A stretch of DNA of 62,524 nucleotides, the filler included, from Spirochaetales bacterium (GTDB lineage: Bacteria > Spirochaetota > Spirochaetia > Treponematales > UBA12059): the NCBI GenBank assembly GCA_016928955.1. It is 5 parts of 5 records of this genome, joined end to end, with 100 filler letters (N's around TTAATTAATTAA, not from the genome) between each part and the next. Parts side by side here need not be neighbours in the genome. Positions count along the whole stretch, not along the records: positions 1 to 21,210 come from JAFGJV010000006.1; positions 21,311 to 24,933 come from JAFGJV010000049.1; positions 25,034 to 54,283 come from JAFGJV010000051.1; 2 more parts are not named here. One strand, 5' to 3'. Numbering within the stretch: position 1 is the first letter of the stretch; every line of letters starts with the position of its first letter. The notes beneath the pieces are model-generated. The model saw only the letters and a list, made by a program, of their open reading frames with translations. It ran no database searches and was not told the origin of the DNA. A program made the translations under genes and the position numbers. This document shows positions 18,093 to 26,667 of the stretch, one piece after another.

Positions 18093-18984
18093 GCTTGCGG
18101 CCGGCGGGGCCATACTCATTGCCCTGACCGTGGTTGCCCTGTTCCCAAGCCTGGTTGCGCCCTTTCCGCGCGACTACTCCGACACCCTGCGCTACATAGA
18201 CACGCCGGCAGGGCGGGAATGGCGCTATGCCCCGGAGGCGCCCTCGGAACACTACCCCTGGGGCACGGACAAATACGGGTACGACATGCTCACCCGCCTT
18301 GCCTGGGGCCTGCGCTGGACGCTGGCAAGCGTCGCATTCACGGCCTTCCTGCGCACGGTTTTGGGCGGGGGCATCGGCGTCATGAGGGCCCTGCTCCGCT
18401 TTGGCGAGCGGCACGACCGGGGCTTTACCCCACTTGCCGGCATACCCAGTTTTGTGATGGTTTTTTTCGTCATTTTTCCCGTGACCATAAACTCTCCCCT
18501 GAATTCCGCGGGCCTGTTCCTGTACCAGTGCCTGGCCATGACCGTGTTCAACCTCGGCGGCCCCATCGCTGCCATGTCGGCCAAGGCCGCCCTGGTGCTC
18601 AGGTCCAGCTTTGTGGAAGCCGCGGTGTCGGCAGGCGCGGGCAAGCGCTGGATCCTGGCCAGGCACCTCATGCCCTACCTGGCGGAGGAGTTCTGGGAGC
18701 TGTTCGCGGAGCAGACCGTGGACGTGCTGAAGATGGTCGGACGCCTGGGCATCTTCTTCCTGTTCATAGGGGGAACGACGAGATCGTACGACCCGCCCAT
18801 CCTGACGTCCACAAAAGGGGAAGTAGCAGGGCTCATAGGGCTGTACCGGGCCAGGCTCATGTCGTCGCGCTGGCTCCTGGCCTATCCCCTGACCGTGTAC
18901 ATGACCGTGCTGATTGGTTTCCGGCTGTTCGCGTCAGGCCTGCGGGAGCGCGAGCGGCGCAACCGCAGGTCCATAGGCGCCTGA
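18082..18984 (+). CDS. ABC transporter permease (DppC/OppC-like)
   Basis: PWGTDKYGYDML, FVEAAVSAGA..ILARHLMP. Confidence 0.85.
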   Translation: MNAKLAAGGAILIALTVVALFPSLVAPFPRDYSDTLRYIDTPAGREWRYAPEAPSEHYPWGTDKYGYDMLTRLAWGLRWTLASVAFTAFLRTVLGGGIGVMRALLRFGERHDRGFTPLAGIPSFVMVFFVIFPVTINSPLNSAGLFLYQCLAMTVFNLGGPIAAMSAKAALVLRSSFVEAAVSAGAGKRWILARHLMPYLAEEFWELFAEQTVDVLKMVGRLGIFFLFIGGTTRSYDPPILTSTKGEVAGLIGLYRARLMSSRWLLAYPLTVYMTVLIGFRLFASGLRERERRNRRSIGA

Positions 18985-19374
18985 CTACGATATGCCCCGC
19001 AGGTACTCAAGGGCTTTTTTCTCGTCGTAGAACACCGGTACGAATTCCTTGAGGTTAACGAGCTCGAACACGTCGTTGACCTTGGGCGGCACGTTGTACA
19101 GGACCACGTCGCCGCGCGCCTCGTCCAGGGCCTTTTTTATGCGGATGATCAGCCCTATGCCGCTCGAATCCACGTAGGTGACGTTTTCCAAGTTCAGGAT
19201 GAGCCGCTTGAGCCCGCCGTCCACCAGGGCCTGGATGAGAATGCCCGTTTCCTGCGCGCTGTCCACGGACAGACTGCCCCTGAGGCTGAGACGGCACGCG
19301 TAATCCGAGCTGTCGCCGCACGTGTTCACGGAACCGCGTAACGGCACTAGTTCCACGTAATGTATAACGGCCAT
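18985..19374 (-). CDS. STAS-domain anti-sigma factor antagonist
   Basis: LNLENVTYVDSSGIG, VFELVNL. Confidence 0.9.
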   Translation of the reverse strand: MAVIHYVELVPLRGSVNTCGDSSDYACRLSLRGSLSVDSAQETGILIQALVDGGLKRLILNLENVTYVDSSGIGLIIRIKKALDEARGDVVLYNVPPKVNDVFELVNLKEFVPVFYDEKKALEYLRGIS

Positions 19375-19436
19375 GCGGCTACAACTGTAGGCCATGCGCC
19401 GCTGTGGCGCAAGGGTGGTCCACGCGGCGTCCGTTC

Positions 19437-20180
19437 CTAGTACAGCCCGCGGACGCGGGTCTGGGCGGTCTGGGCTTCCTGCATGTCCGGGCTGAGCTTC
19501 AGGGCCCTGCCGTACAGCTCGTACGCCCGCGGATACTCGCCCAGGGCCTCAACGGCGTTGCCGTACCGGTACCACCAGCGGGCCATGGTGGGCTCGCGGT
19601 GGACGGCCAGGCCATAGGCTATGTCGGCGTGGTCAAAACGCTTGAGGCGCATGTAGCTCTCAGCCATGTAGAAGTAGGCCGTGGACACACGGTCGGCGAA
19701 TTCGCCCACGTTGTCCACGTAGCGCTGGAAGGAGCGCAGTGCGTTCTGGTTGTCGCCCAGGAAATAGTAGGCCTCGCCCATGCACTCCACAATCCTGGCG
19801 TCAAAACGCAGGCGGAGGGAGGCCGTGCCCACGTTGACCACGTCCTTATACGATTTGAGCCTGAAGAGGCTCCAGCATTTGACCGTGTGCGCGTCCATGC
19901 GGTAGGGATCCGTGGCAATCTCCGCGTCGCACACGGCTATGGCTTCCCTGTAGCGCGCGCTGGCCTCGGCCAGTTGTCCGGCCGTTTCCGCCTTGCGCCC
20001 CTGGTTGTACAGAAGCAGGGCGTCCTTCTTGACGGGCTGGGTCGTGACCGCCGGAGTGGCCGGGGCCACAGGCTGGGTCAGGCCCGGCTCGGGCGGCTGG
20101 GGCTCGGGAATGGTCTCCTGGGCCGACACCACGGCGCAGGACAACAAGACGGCTGTAAGGACCACGCAAACATGTCGCAT
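19437..20180 (-). CDS. Exported TPR-repeat protein
   Basis: Signal peptide, Pro-rich linker and several TPR-like helix pairs. Confidence 0.85.
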   Translation of the reverse strand: MRHVCVVLTAVLLSCAVVSAQETIPEPQPPEPGLTQPVAPATPAVTTQPVKKDALLLYNQGRKAETAGQLAEASARYREAIAVCDAEIATDPYRMDAHTVKCWSLFRLKSYKDVVNVGTASLRLRFDARIVECMGEAYYFLGDNQNALRSFQRYVDNVGEFADRVSTAYFYMAESYMRLKRFDHADIAYGLAVHREPTMARWWYRYGNAVEALGEYPRAYELYGRALKLSPDMQEAQTAQTRVRGLY

Positions 20181-20325
20181 ATCGGATACGGCTCCCCTAG
20201 TGGCCCTATTATGCCCCACCGCGCCCGGAAGGTTCAAGCGAGCTTGCCTATTCCGGGCCATCCAGGCCATGCTGAGCTGGATGTTGAGCACATCGAGGAC
20301 CGTCAACATCCCGCCAGGAGGATCC

Positions 20326-21105
20326 ATGCCCGTACCCCTTGACCCGGACAAATACGAGCGCCCGTCCATCTTTGCCCCGGCCGACTTCATAGCCTACATA
20401 CGCTCCCGGAAACAGCTTCCGGACGACCAAGCGCCCCCGGACGGCGTCATCCTGTGCTACCAGGTGGCCCTGTACGACCACGTGACGCGCGCCCACTCCG
20501 TAACCCCGCACCGGGGATACTTTGGCCGGCACCTATCATACCTGGACGACACGGAAGGCCGCGTGGCCATTGCAGGCCGCTTCGGCGTGGGCGCACCGGC
20601 CGCCGCCGTCATGCTTGAGGAGCTTTTGGCCTTTGGCTGCCGCCGTTTTGTGTCTATAGGCACGGCCGGCGGCCTGGTCAGGGGCCTGTACCCCGGCCAC
20701 CTGGTCCTGTGCTCAGGCGCCCTCCGCGACGAGGGCCTTTCCTACCATTACCTGCCAGACGGGCGGCCCGCCCTCCCCCACACCGCCCTGACGGACGCCA
20801 TGGGCTCGGCCATGGCCGCCTCCGGCCTGGAGTACCGCAGGGGCCTGGCCTGGACCACGGACGCCATATACCGTGAGACGCGACCCGAGATGGACGCCCG
20901 GGTGGCGGAGGGCGCCGTGGTGGTTGAGATGGAGGCTGCCGCCCTGTTCGCCGTGGCCGAGTACCGCGCGGCCCCCCTGGCGGCCTGTTTTACCATATCT
21001 GACAGCCTGGCCGAGCCCGAGTGGAAACCGGACTTCCTCCATGAGGACACCGCCGCCGGCCTGGAACGCCTGTACCTCGCGGCTCTCAGCGCCCTGTCGG
21101 CATAA
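20326..21105 (+). CDS. Nucleoside phosphorylase (PNP/UDP family)
   Basis: GVGAP, IGTAGG, ALRDEGLSYHY, WTTDAIYRET, VEMEAAALF; AGGAGG RBS. Confidence 0.92.
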   Translation: MPVPLDPDKYERPSIFAPADFIAYIRSRKQLPDDQAPPDGVILCYQVALYDHVTRAHSVTPHRGYFGRHLSYLDDTEGRVAIAGRFGVGAPAAAVMLEELLAFGCRRFVSIGTAGGLVRGLYPGHLVLCSGALRDEGLSYHYLPDGRPALPHTALTDAMGSAMAASGLEYRRGLAWTTDAIYRETRPEMDARVAEGAVVVEMEAAALFAVAEYRAAPLAACFTISDSLAEPEWKPDFLHEDTAAGLERLYLAALSALSA

Positions 21106-21210
21106 AAAAGCCCCCGCGCCATGGGGGGCCACTGAAAAAGACCGCGAAGTTGTGCAAGAGCATGACTTCGCGGTTTTCTTTTGGAAGCGCTTCGGTCGGA
21201 GGTGATGGAA

Positions 21211-21310
21211 NNNNNNNNNNNNNNNNNNNNNNNNNNNNNNNNNNNNNNNNNNNNTTAATTAATTAANNNNNNNNNNNNNNNNNNNNNNNNNNNNNNNNNN
21301 NNNNNNNNNN
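21211..21310. other. Artificial contig spacer
   Basis: N run containing TTAATTAATTAA (stops in all six frames). Confidence 0.97.
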
Positions 21311-22648
21311 GGCACCGGCAAGACCGCCGCCTTTGCCCTGCCCACCATACAGCGCCTGTCGCAGTCTCCAAAGCCCAAGGCCAAGCGCTCGGCGCGGGCT
21401 TTGGTCGTGGCTCCCACCCGGGAGCTGGCCATGCAGATAGACGCCAGCTTTGCCGCCTACGGACGCCACGCCAGCGTGACGCGAGCGTGCGTGTACGGCG
21501 GCGTGGGCAAGGTACCCCAGCTCAAGGCCCTGGAACGGGGCGTTGACGTGCTGGTGGCCACGCCGGGCCGCCTTTTGGACCTGGTGGGCGATAGGGGCGT
21601 GGACCTGTCATCCGTAGAGATTGCCGTCCTGGACGAGGCGGACCGCATGCTGGACATGGGCTTTATCCACGACATACGGCGTGTCATGGCCCTCCTGCCG
21701 CGCGACAGGCAGACCCTCTTGTTTTCCGCCACCATGCCCCCCGAGATAGAGGCCCTGGCCAGGGGCTTCCTCCGAGATCCGGCCAGGGTGTCCATAGACC
21801 CAGAGAAGCCCGCGGTCGAGGCCATCGAGCAGAGCCTGTACTACGTGGACAAGGCCGACAAGCGCGACCTTTTGGCCCACCTGATACGCGAGCGGGCCGT
21901 TGCCAGGGCCGTGGTGTTCAGCCGCACCAAGCACGGGGCGGACCGTATAGCCAAGGGCTTGCACGCCGTGGGCATACCCGCAGGCGTCATCCACGCCAAC
22001 AAGGGACAGGGCAACCGCACCAAGACCATGGACGCTTTCCGTTCCGGCTCCACGCCCATCCTGGTGGCCACCGACATAGCCGCCCGCGGCATAGACGTGG
22101 ACGACATCACCCACGTGTTCAATTTTGACCAGCCCACTGAACCAGAGACCTACGTGCACAGGATAGGCCGCACGGCCAGGGCAGGCGCCAGCGGTTCGGC
22201 CATATCCTTCTGTGACCCTGAGGAGAAGAAGTTCCTCAAGCAGGTCGAGAAGCTCCTTGGCCGGTCCATACCCGTGGTGCACGAGCACCCCTACGCCCGC
22301 GGCCAGCGCGCGGACAGGTCCGGGCCGGCCGAACGCGCGGAACAGGCCGAGCGATTGCCGGGCGCGCGCTCTGACCGTGGCCGCAGGCGCCAGGGATCCC
22401 CGCGGCCCCAGGGAGGCGCCCGCCAGGACAGGCACAACGCTTCGGGCAGGCCCGGTCCCGCCGGACGGAAGCCCCAGGAGCGGGCGGGGCGCCCTTCTAC
22501 CCAGGAAGCGCGCGGACCCGTCCGTCCGTCCGTCCCTCCCGCGCCGGCCAGGGCGGCCCGTCCCCAGCGGACTGAAAGCGCGGAACGCCCCACCCGGGAC
22601 CTGCGCTCGGCCATAGACGAGTTGACCGGCCGCAGTTCCATGCGCTGA
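21311..22648 (+). CDS. DEAD-box RNA helicase (RhlE-like), 5' truncated by the contig edge
   Basis: GTGKT, PTRELA, TPGR, DEAD, SAT, ARGID, HRIGRTAR; Arg/Gly-rich tail. Confidence 0.95.
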   Translation, partial: GTGKTAAFALPTIQRLSQSPKPKAKRSARALVVAPTRELAMQIDASFAAYGRHASVTRACVYGGVGKVPQLKALERGVDVLVATPGRLLDLVGDRGVDLSSVEIAVLDEADRMLDMGFIHDIRRVMALLPRDRQTLLFSATMPPEIEALARGFLRDPARVSIDPEKPAVEAIEQSLYYVDKADKRDLLAHLIRERAVARAVVFSRTKHGADRIAKGLHAVGIPAGVIHANKGQGNRTKTMDAFRSGSTPILVATDIAARGIDVDDITHVFNFDQPTEPETYVHRIGRTARAGASGSAISFCDPEEKKFLKQVEKLLGRSIPVVHEHPYARGQRADRSGPAERAEQAERLPGARSDRGRRRQGSPRPQGGARQDRHNASGRPGPAGRKPQERAGRPSTQEARGPVRPSVPPAPARAARPQRTESAERPTRDLRSAIDELTGRSSMR

Positions 22649-22683
22649 GCGCTGAGCTGGTTTTCCGGCACGCACGCATAAAA

Positions 22684-22720
22684 AAGGCCCCTAAAAACCC
22701 TCTGGTTTTTAGGGGCCCTT
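22684..22720. repeat. REP-like palindrome, copy 3 (may double as a terminator)
   Basis: AAGGCCCCTAAAAACC..GGTTTTTAGGGGCCCTT between the convergent helicase and tRNA-Leu. Confidence 0.65.
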
Positions 22721-22728
22721 CTTATATC

Positions 22729-22813
22729 TGCCGGGGACGAGACTTGAACTCGCACGCGCCTTACGGCACAAGGGATTTTAAGTCCCTGGTGTCTACCATT
22801 CCACCACCCCGGC
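22729..22813 (-). tRNA. tRNA-Leu(TAA), CCA not encoded
   Basis: GCCGGGG acceptor, TGGTAGAC D-loop, GGGAC-TTAAAA-TCCC anticodon arm, long variable arm, GTTCAAGT T-loop. Confidence 0.95.
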
Positions 22814-22938
22814 GCGCGGCCATCATGCCGCAGGGCGGGGCACGGCGTCAAGCTTGCCGCCTGCCGCGTGGCGACTTGCCGAGTGGCAGGCGAGCCGCTA
22901 TAGTGTGACGCGGACGCAGTTACCACGGGAGTTGCCGG

Positions 22939-23316
22939 ATGCATACGGTTCTGGTTATAGACGACGAGTGGAGCATCAGAGAAATCACCGGCCTCATGCT
23001 GGAAAAGGCAGGGTTCCGGGCCCTGAGCGCGGGTACCGCCGACGAGGGCCTGGATCTTATAGACGCCGAGGCTGTGGACGTGGTGCTCATTGACGTGGTC
23101 TTGCCGGGCAAGAACGGCCTGGAGCTTGCCCTGGAGATTAACCAGCGCAAGCCCGGGGTTCCCATCGTGCTCATGTCTGGCCGCATATCCACCGACTCGG
23201 ATTCAATCCAGAACTTTACCGGACACTTTGGGATAGCCTCGTCCCTGGCCAAACCCTTCACCAGCGACCAGCTACTGCTGTCCATAAGGCACGCCCTGGC
23301 CGAGTCGCGGGCGTAA
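22939..23316 (+). CDS. Stand-alone response regulator receiver
   Basis: VLVIDDE, IDVVLPGKNG, MSG, KPF. Confidence 0.9.
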   Translation: MHTVLVIDDEWSIREITGLMLEKAGFRALSAGTADEGLDLIDAEAVDVVLIDVVLPGKNGLELALEINQRKPGVPIVLMSGRISTDSDSIQNFTGHFGIASSLAKPFTSDQLLLSIRHALAESRA

Positions 23317-23445
23317 CAGACGCCCGGGCGCGCCCGGCCGCGCGCCGCGGGAATTCGGGCAGCCGGCCGCGAGCGTCGTCCTTTTTTGCCGTTCCCCATG
23401 TTGCGAGCCTTCTCGCCACCTGCCATACTGGCCATGGAGGGTGAC

Positions 23446-24696
23446 ATGACGCAACACGAGCAGAAAATCCTGGTCCTGAACAGCGGTAGTTCGTCGCTCA
23501 AATATGAAGTTTTCCTCATGCCCCGGCGGGTAAGCCTGGGCAAGGGCTCGGTCGAGCGCATAGGGGAGGCCAGGGGCAGCCTCAGACAGGCCGGCCCACG
23601 CGGAGAGCTGGCGCTCGACGCTGTCTTCCATGACCACGCGGCCGCCATGAAGGCCGTGGGCACTGCCCTGGTCGATCCGGAAAACGGCATCCTGGCCACC
23701 ATAGACGAAATCGGCGCGGTGGGGCACCGCGTGGTCCACGGCGGCGAGCAGTTTGCCCGCTCGGTTATCATAGACGACGCCGTGTTGGCGGCCATAGAGG
23801 CCAACGTCGAGCTGGCGCCCCTCCACAATCCGGCCAACCTGATGGGCATACGCCAGGCGGAGGCCCTGCTCCCCGGCGTGCCGCAGGTGGCCGTCTTTGA
23901 CACGGCGTTCCACCAGACCATGCAGCCCACCGCCTATCTGTACGGCCTCCCGCGCGAGCTGTATGACAAGTACCGTATCCGACGCTATGGTTTCCACGGC
24001 ACCAGCCACCGCTTTGTGGCCGGACGCGCCCTTGAGATCCTGGGGCGTCGGCCCGAGAACAGCAACCTGATTACCTGCCACCTGGGGAACGGCGCGTCCA
24101 TCACCGCCATAGAGGCCGGCCGCTCCGTGGACACGTCCATGGGCTTTACCCCGCTTGAGGGCCTGATGATGGGCACGCGCTCAGGGGACTTTGACCCGGC
24201 CATACTGGGCTACCTTGTGGACCGCGGCTACACGGTCAAGGACCTGGTGTCCATGATCAACAAGAAGAGCGGCCTCCTCGGGCTGTCCGGCATATCCAAC
24301 GACCTCCGCGACCTGGAGGCAGCTGCCGAACGGGGCCTGACCAACGCCACGGAGGCGCTGGACGTGTACGCCCACCGCGTGCGCAAGTACATAGGCGCGT
24401 ACATGGCCAACCTGGTCAAGGTGGACGCCCTGGTGTTCACCGGCGGCGTTGGACAGCACGGCGTGCGCATGAGGGAACGAATTTGCCACCGGCTGGAGAA
24501 CATAGGCATTGTGATGGACTACAAGGCCAATGAATCGAACGGCAACCATGAGGGCCTGGTGTCTCAGCCGTACTCGCCCACGGCCATCCTGGTCATACCC
24601 ACCAACGAGGAGCTTCAGATAGCCATGGACGCGTTCGAGCTTCTCAATCCCGGCCACGTTGGCCCGAGGCGCCGCAGGACCGACGTCAATATCTGA
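23446..24696 (+). CDS. ackA: Acetate kinase
   Basis: ILVLNSGSSSLKY, GHRVVHGG, APLHNPAN, VFDTAFHQT, YGFHGTSH, HLGNGAS, TNEEL. Confidence 0.96.
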   Translation: MTQHEQKILVLNSGSSSLKYEVFLMPRRVSLGKGSVERIGEARGSLRQAGPRGELALDAVFHDHAAAMKAVGTALVDPENGILATIDEIGAVGHRVVHGGEQFARSVIIDDAVLAAIEANVELAPLHNPANLMGIRQAEALLPGVPQVAVFDTAFHQTMQPTAYLYGLPRELYDKYRIRRYGFHGTSHRFVAGRALEILGRRPENSNLITCHLGNGASITAIEAGRSVDTSMGFTPLEGLMMGTRSGDFDPAILGYLVDRGYTVKDLVSMINKKSGLLGLSGISNDLRDLEAAAERGLTNATEALDVYAHRVRKYIGAYMANLVKVDALVFTGGVGQHGVRMRERICHRLENIGIVMDYKANESNGNHEGLVSQPYSPTAILVIPTNEELQIAMDAFELLNPGHVGPRRRRTDVNI

Positions 24697-24714
24697 CAGA
24701 CTATAGGAGGCTCC

Positions 24715-24933
24715 ATGTCCATCTTTGCCCGGGCCTGGTACCGACTGTACCAGGCGGCCATGTATCTGGGTTCCTACGCGTTTGATTTCTCGCCGCCGGA
24801 ACTGCTTTCAGGGTCTGGTTCCATCAAGCGCCTGCCGGCCTTCATCACGTCCAAGGGTTACAACCGGGTGCTGGTTGTGACCGACCAGGGCCTTGCCAAG
24901 CTCGGCCTGCCAGGCGCTCTACTCGCGGCCCTG
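24715..24933 (+). CDS. Iron-containing alcohol dehydrogenase, N-terminal fragment (contig edge)
   Basis: GSGSIKRL..RVLVVTDQGLAKLG. Confidence 0.75.
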
Positions 24934-25033
24934 NNNNNNNNNNNNNNNNNNNNNNNNNNNNNNNNNNNNNNNNNNNNTTAATTAATTAANNNNNNNNNNN
25001 NNNNNNNNNNNNNNNNNNNNNNNNNNNNNNNNN
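24934..25033. other. Artificial contig spacer
   Basis: N run containing TTAATTAATTAA. Confidence 0.97.
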
Positions 25034-25035
25034 AT

Positions 25036-25245
25036 GGTTTCGAGGTAAGCGAAGAAGTTCCTCACCTCAATGGCGTGGCCGTAGACTGTCGCGGGAGCAA
25101 GGCGCACGGCAAGGCGTTTAGCAGGAATTTAAGAAAACTCAGGAAGAAACGCGGACTTACTCAGTACGACCTCGCGGACATGACCGGAATCAGTCGCCGC
25201 CGAGACTTCCGAAGCAGAGGACGAAATCGATCCCACTCAATTTGA
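25036..25245 (+). pseudogene. Truncated XRE helix-turn-helix fragment (not in the ORF track)
   Basis: Manual translation ...AFSRNLRKLRKKRGLTQYDLADMTGISRR, then loses similarity and stops. Confidence 0.6.
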
Positions 25246-25279
25246 TTCACGAAGCCTAAAAAAGCTCAAGGATATTCTT

Positions 25280-25708
25280 TCACTTCCCCAAAGTGACGAG
25301 TTTCCCATCGCTTGTCCACCATCCCCCTACTTTGTTCTTACCAGTTCCAGTTTGGATCTTAATCCCTTCTGTACCATCCCGCAGTGTTGCACGAACACCT
25401 TGATCTTTGTTTTTAGCAAAGAAGCTCATTGCATCATCCGTATATTGCTTAAAAGTTCTACCTTTCCCATGCGTCTTAAGGTGATAAGCAATAGAATCAT
25501 CAACTGTATCGAATGTTGCCTTATGCCATTTACTTGCGGGGTTTGCCACCTTAGAAGCGGCTTCCACGCCAATGAGCCCTATAGCGTTATCCGTTATAGA
25601 AATTGACCGTTCCAGAGACGCGGCTTGCAGAGCAAGAGGAGCGAGAAGAACAAATAATGCGGCAATGAAGCCTAGTCGTTTAAAAATAATCGGTCTTCTT
25701 TTTCTCAC
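25280..25708 (-). CDS. Signal-peptide protein with a polymorphic-toxin-like C-terminal domain
   Basis: Hydrophobic N-terminus; WHKATF..SIAYHLKTHG..QY..GGWWTSDGKLVT; GTGA overlap with the antitoxin; AT-rich. Confidence 0.5.
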   Translation of the reverse strand: MRKRRPIIFKRLGFIAALFVLLAPLALQAASLERSISITDNAIGLIGVEAASKVANPASKWHKATFDTVDDSIAYHLKTHGKGRTFKQYTDDAMSFFAKNKDQGVRATLRDGTEGIKIQTGTGKNKVGGWWTSDGKLVTLGK

Positions 25709-26022
25709 GTATGAAAAAGCAAAACTTCTTTCGGTACACCCTTCTTGGGTTTTCGCGGGCGCACCTTGATTTCCATATCGAGATCCATCTGCGTGAGGTA
25801 TTTTATCAGAGTGGACAGTTTGATGTCTGTACGGCCTTCAATTCGGGAAATAGCCGGTTGAGAAAAGCCTTTAATATCCGCCTGCTTGACGTTGTATTGC
25901 TCGCGCAGTTCGGCGAGGTTGAGCATCAAGAGTTCTCGCTCGTATATTTCGTTGGAACGGGCGATGGATGTCTCGGACATTACGCTTTCCATCGCTTTCA
26001 TCGCGTTTTTCACTACTGCCAT
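25705..26022 (-). CDS. XRE-HTH antitoxin (HigA-like)
   Basis: LAELREQYNVKQ..SQPAISRIEGRTDIKLSTLIKY. Confidence 0.85.
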   Translation of the reverse strand: MAVVKNAMKAMESVMSETSIARSNEIYERELLMLNLAELREQYNVKQADIKGFSQPAISRIEGRTDIKLSTLIKYLTQMDLDMEIKVRPRKPKKGVPKEVLLFHT

Positions 26023-26060
26023 ATCGTCCCCCTTGAAACTTCGTTGGGCAATTCCTTGGT

Positions 26061-26420
26061 TCAGCTTGAAGCTAGATATTCCTCATACAAGGATTCCGCT
26101 TCCGCTATTAGTTTCTTGTAGAACCGCTTGTCTTCCGACCCGCCTTTTACATCCGCCGTCAGAAGCAGGCACACCCGGTCGCCGGTAAAGAGAAAGGCAA
26201 TCCGGTATTTTCTGCCCTGCGCCTGTACCCGCAGTTCTTTTAAGTTCGGGTACTTGCTCCCCTTGAGCGTGTCCACGTAAGGACGCCCCAAGGACGGACC
26301 TTTTGCAAGGAGCAGTTTCACATACGCGCGGACGGCTTCCTGTACCGGCTCCGCTTGAGAGAAAAACCATTCAAGATACTCGCTCGTAGCCTCAAGCGCA
26401 CGCTCTTTATCTGCTCCCAT
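26061..26420 (-). CDS. RelE/HigB-like (Gp49-type) toxin
   Basis: GPSLGRPYVDTLKGSKYPNLKELRV..RIAF..LLL...KGG...RFY; toxin upstream of antitoxin. Confidence 0.9.
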   Translation of the reverse strand: MGADKERALEATSEYLEWFFSQAEPVQEAVRAYVKLLLAKGPSLGRPYVDTLKGSKYPNLKELRVQAQGRKYRIAFLFTGDRVCLLLTADVKGGSEDKRFYKKLIAEAESLYEEYLASS

Positions 26421-26426
26421 AGTCAC

Positions 26427-26461
26427 AGTATAACCTCTGCGTAATATAACTTCAAGGTAAT
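26427..26461 (-). promoter_or_regulatory. Sigma70 promoter with two tandem palindromic operators
   Basis: TTGAAG-N17-TATACT; ATAAC-N6-GTAAT at 26430-26445 and 26446-26461. Confidence 0.75.
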
Positions 26462-26482
26462 TATTTTTTCCGGCACTATTCC

Positions 26483-26503
26483 GTCCTAACAGTTATTACC
26501 ATT
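26483..26503 (-). other. attI/attC-like recombination core site
   Basis: Minus strand AATGGTAA-TAACT-GTTAGGAC (GTTRRRY) near the edge of the AT-rich island. Confidence 0.35.
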
Positions 26504-26603
26504 TACGGCTCTTTTCTTCTTCGAACGTTCCTGCCGCCATAGGACCACGAACAGGGAACCGGTAAAGTATCATTGACCGTTACTCGCTTCATGTTCTGGC
26601 CAT

Positions 26604-26633
26604 AAAAAAAACCCGGCCCATTCCGGACCGGGT
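26604..26633 (-). terminator. Rho-independent terminator after jag
   Basis: ACCCGG stem followed by a T8 tract on the minus strand. Confidence 0.7.
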
Positions 26634-26667
26634 CGTTGCGGCTTTCCGCGGGCGGGGCGCCTTCAGC

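Noticed and set aside
22300..22648. Arg/Pro/Gly-rich low-complexity stretch
   Set aside because: Normal disordered C-terminal tail of RhlE-type helicases.
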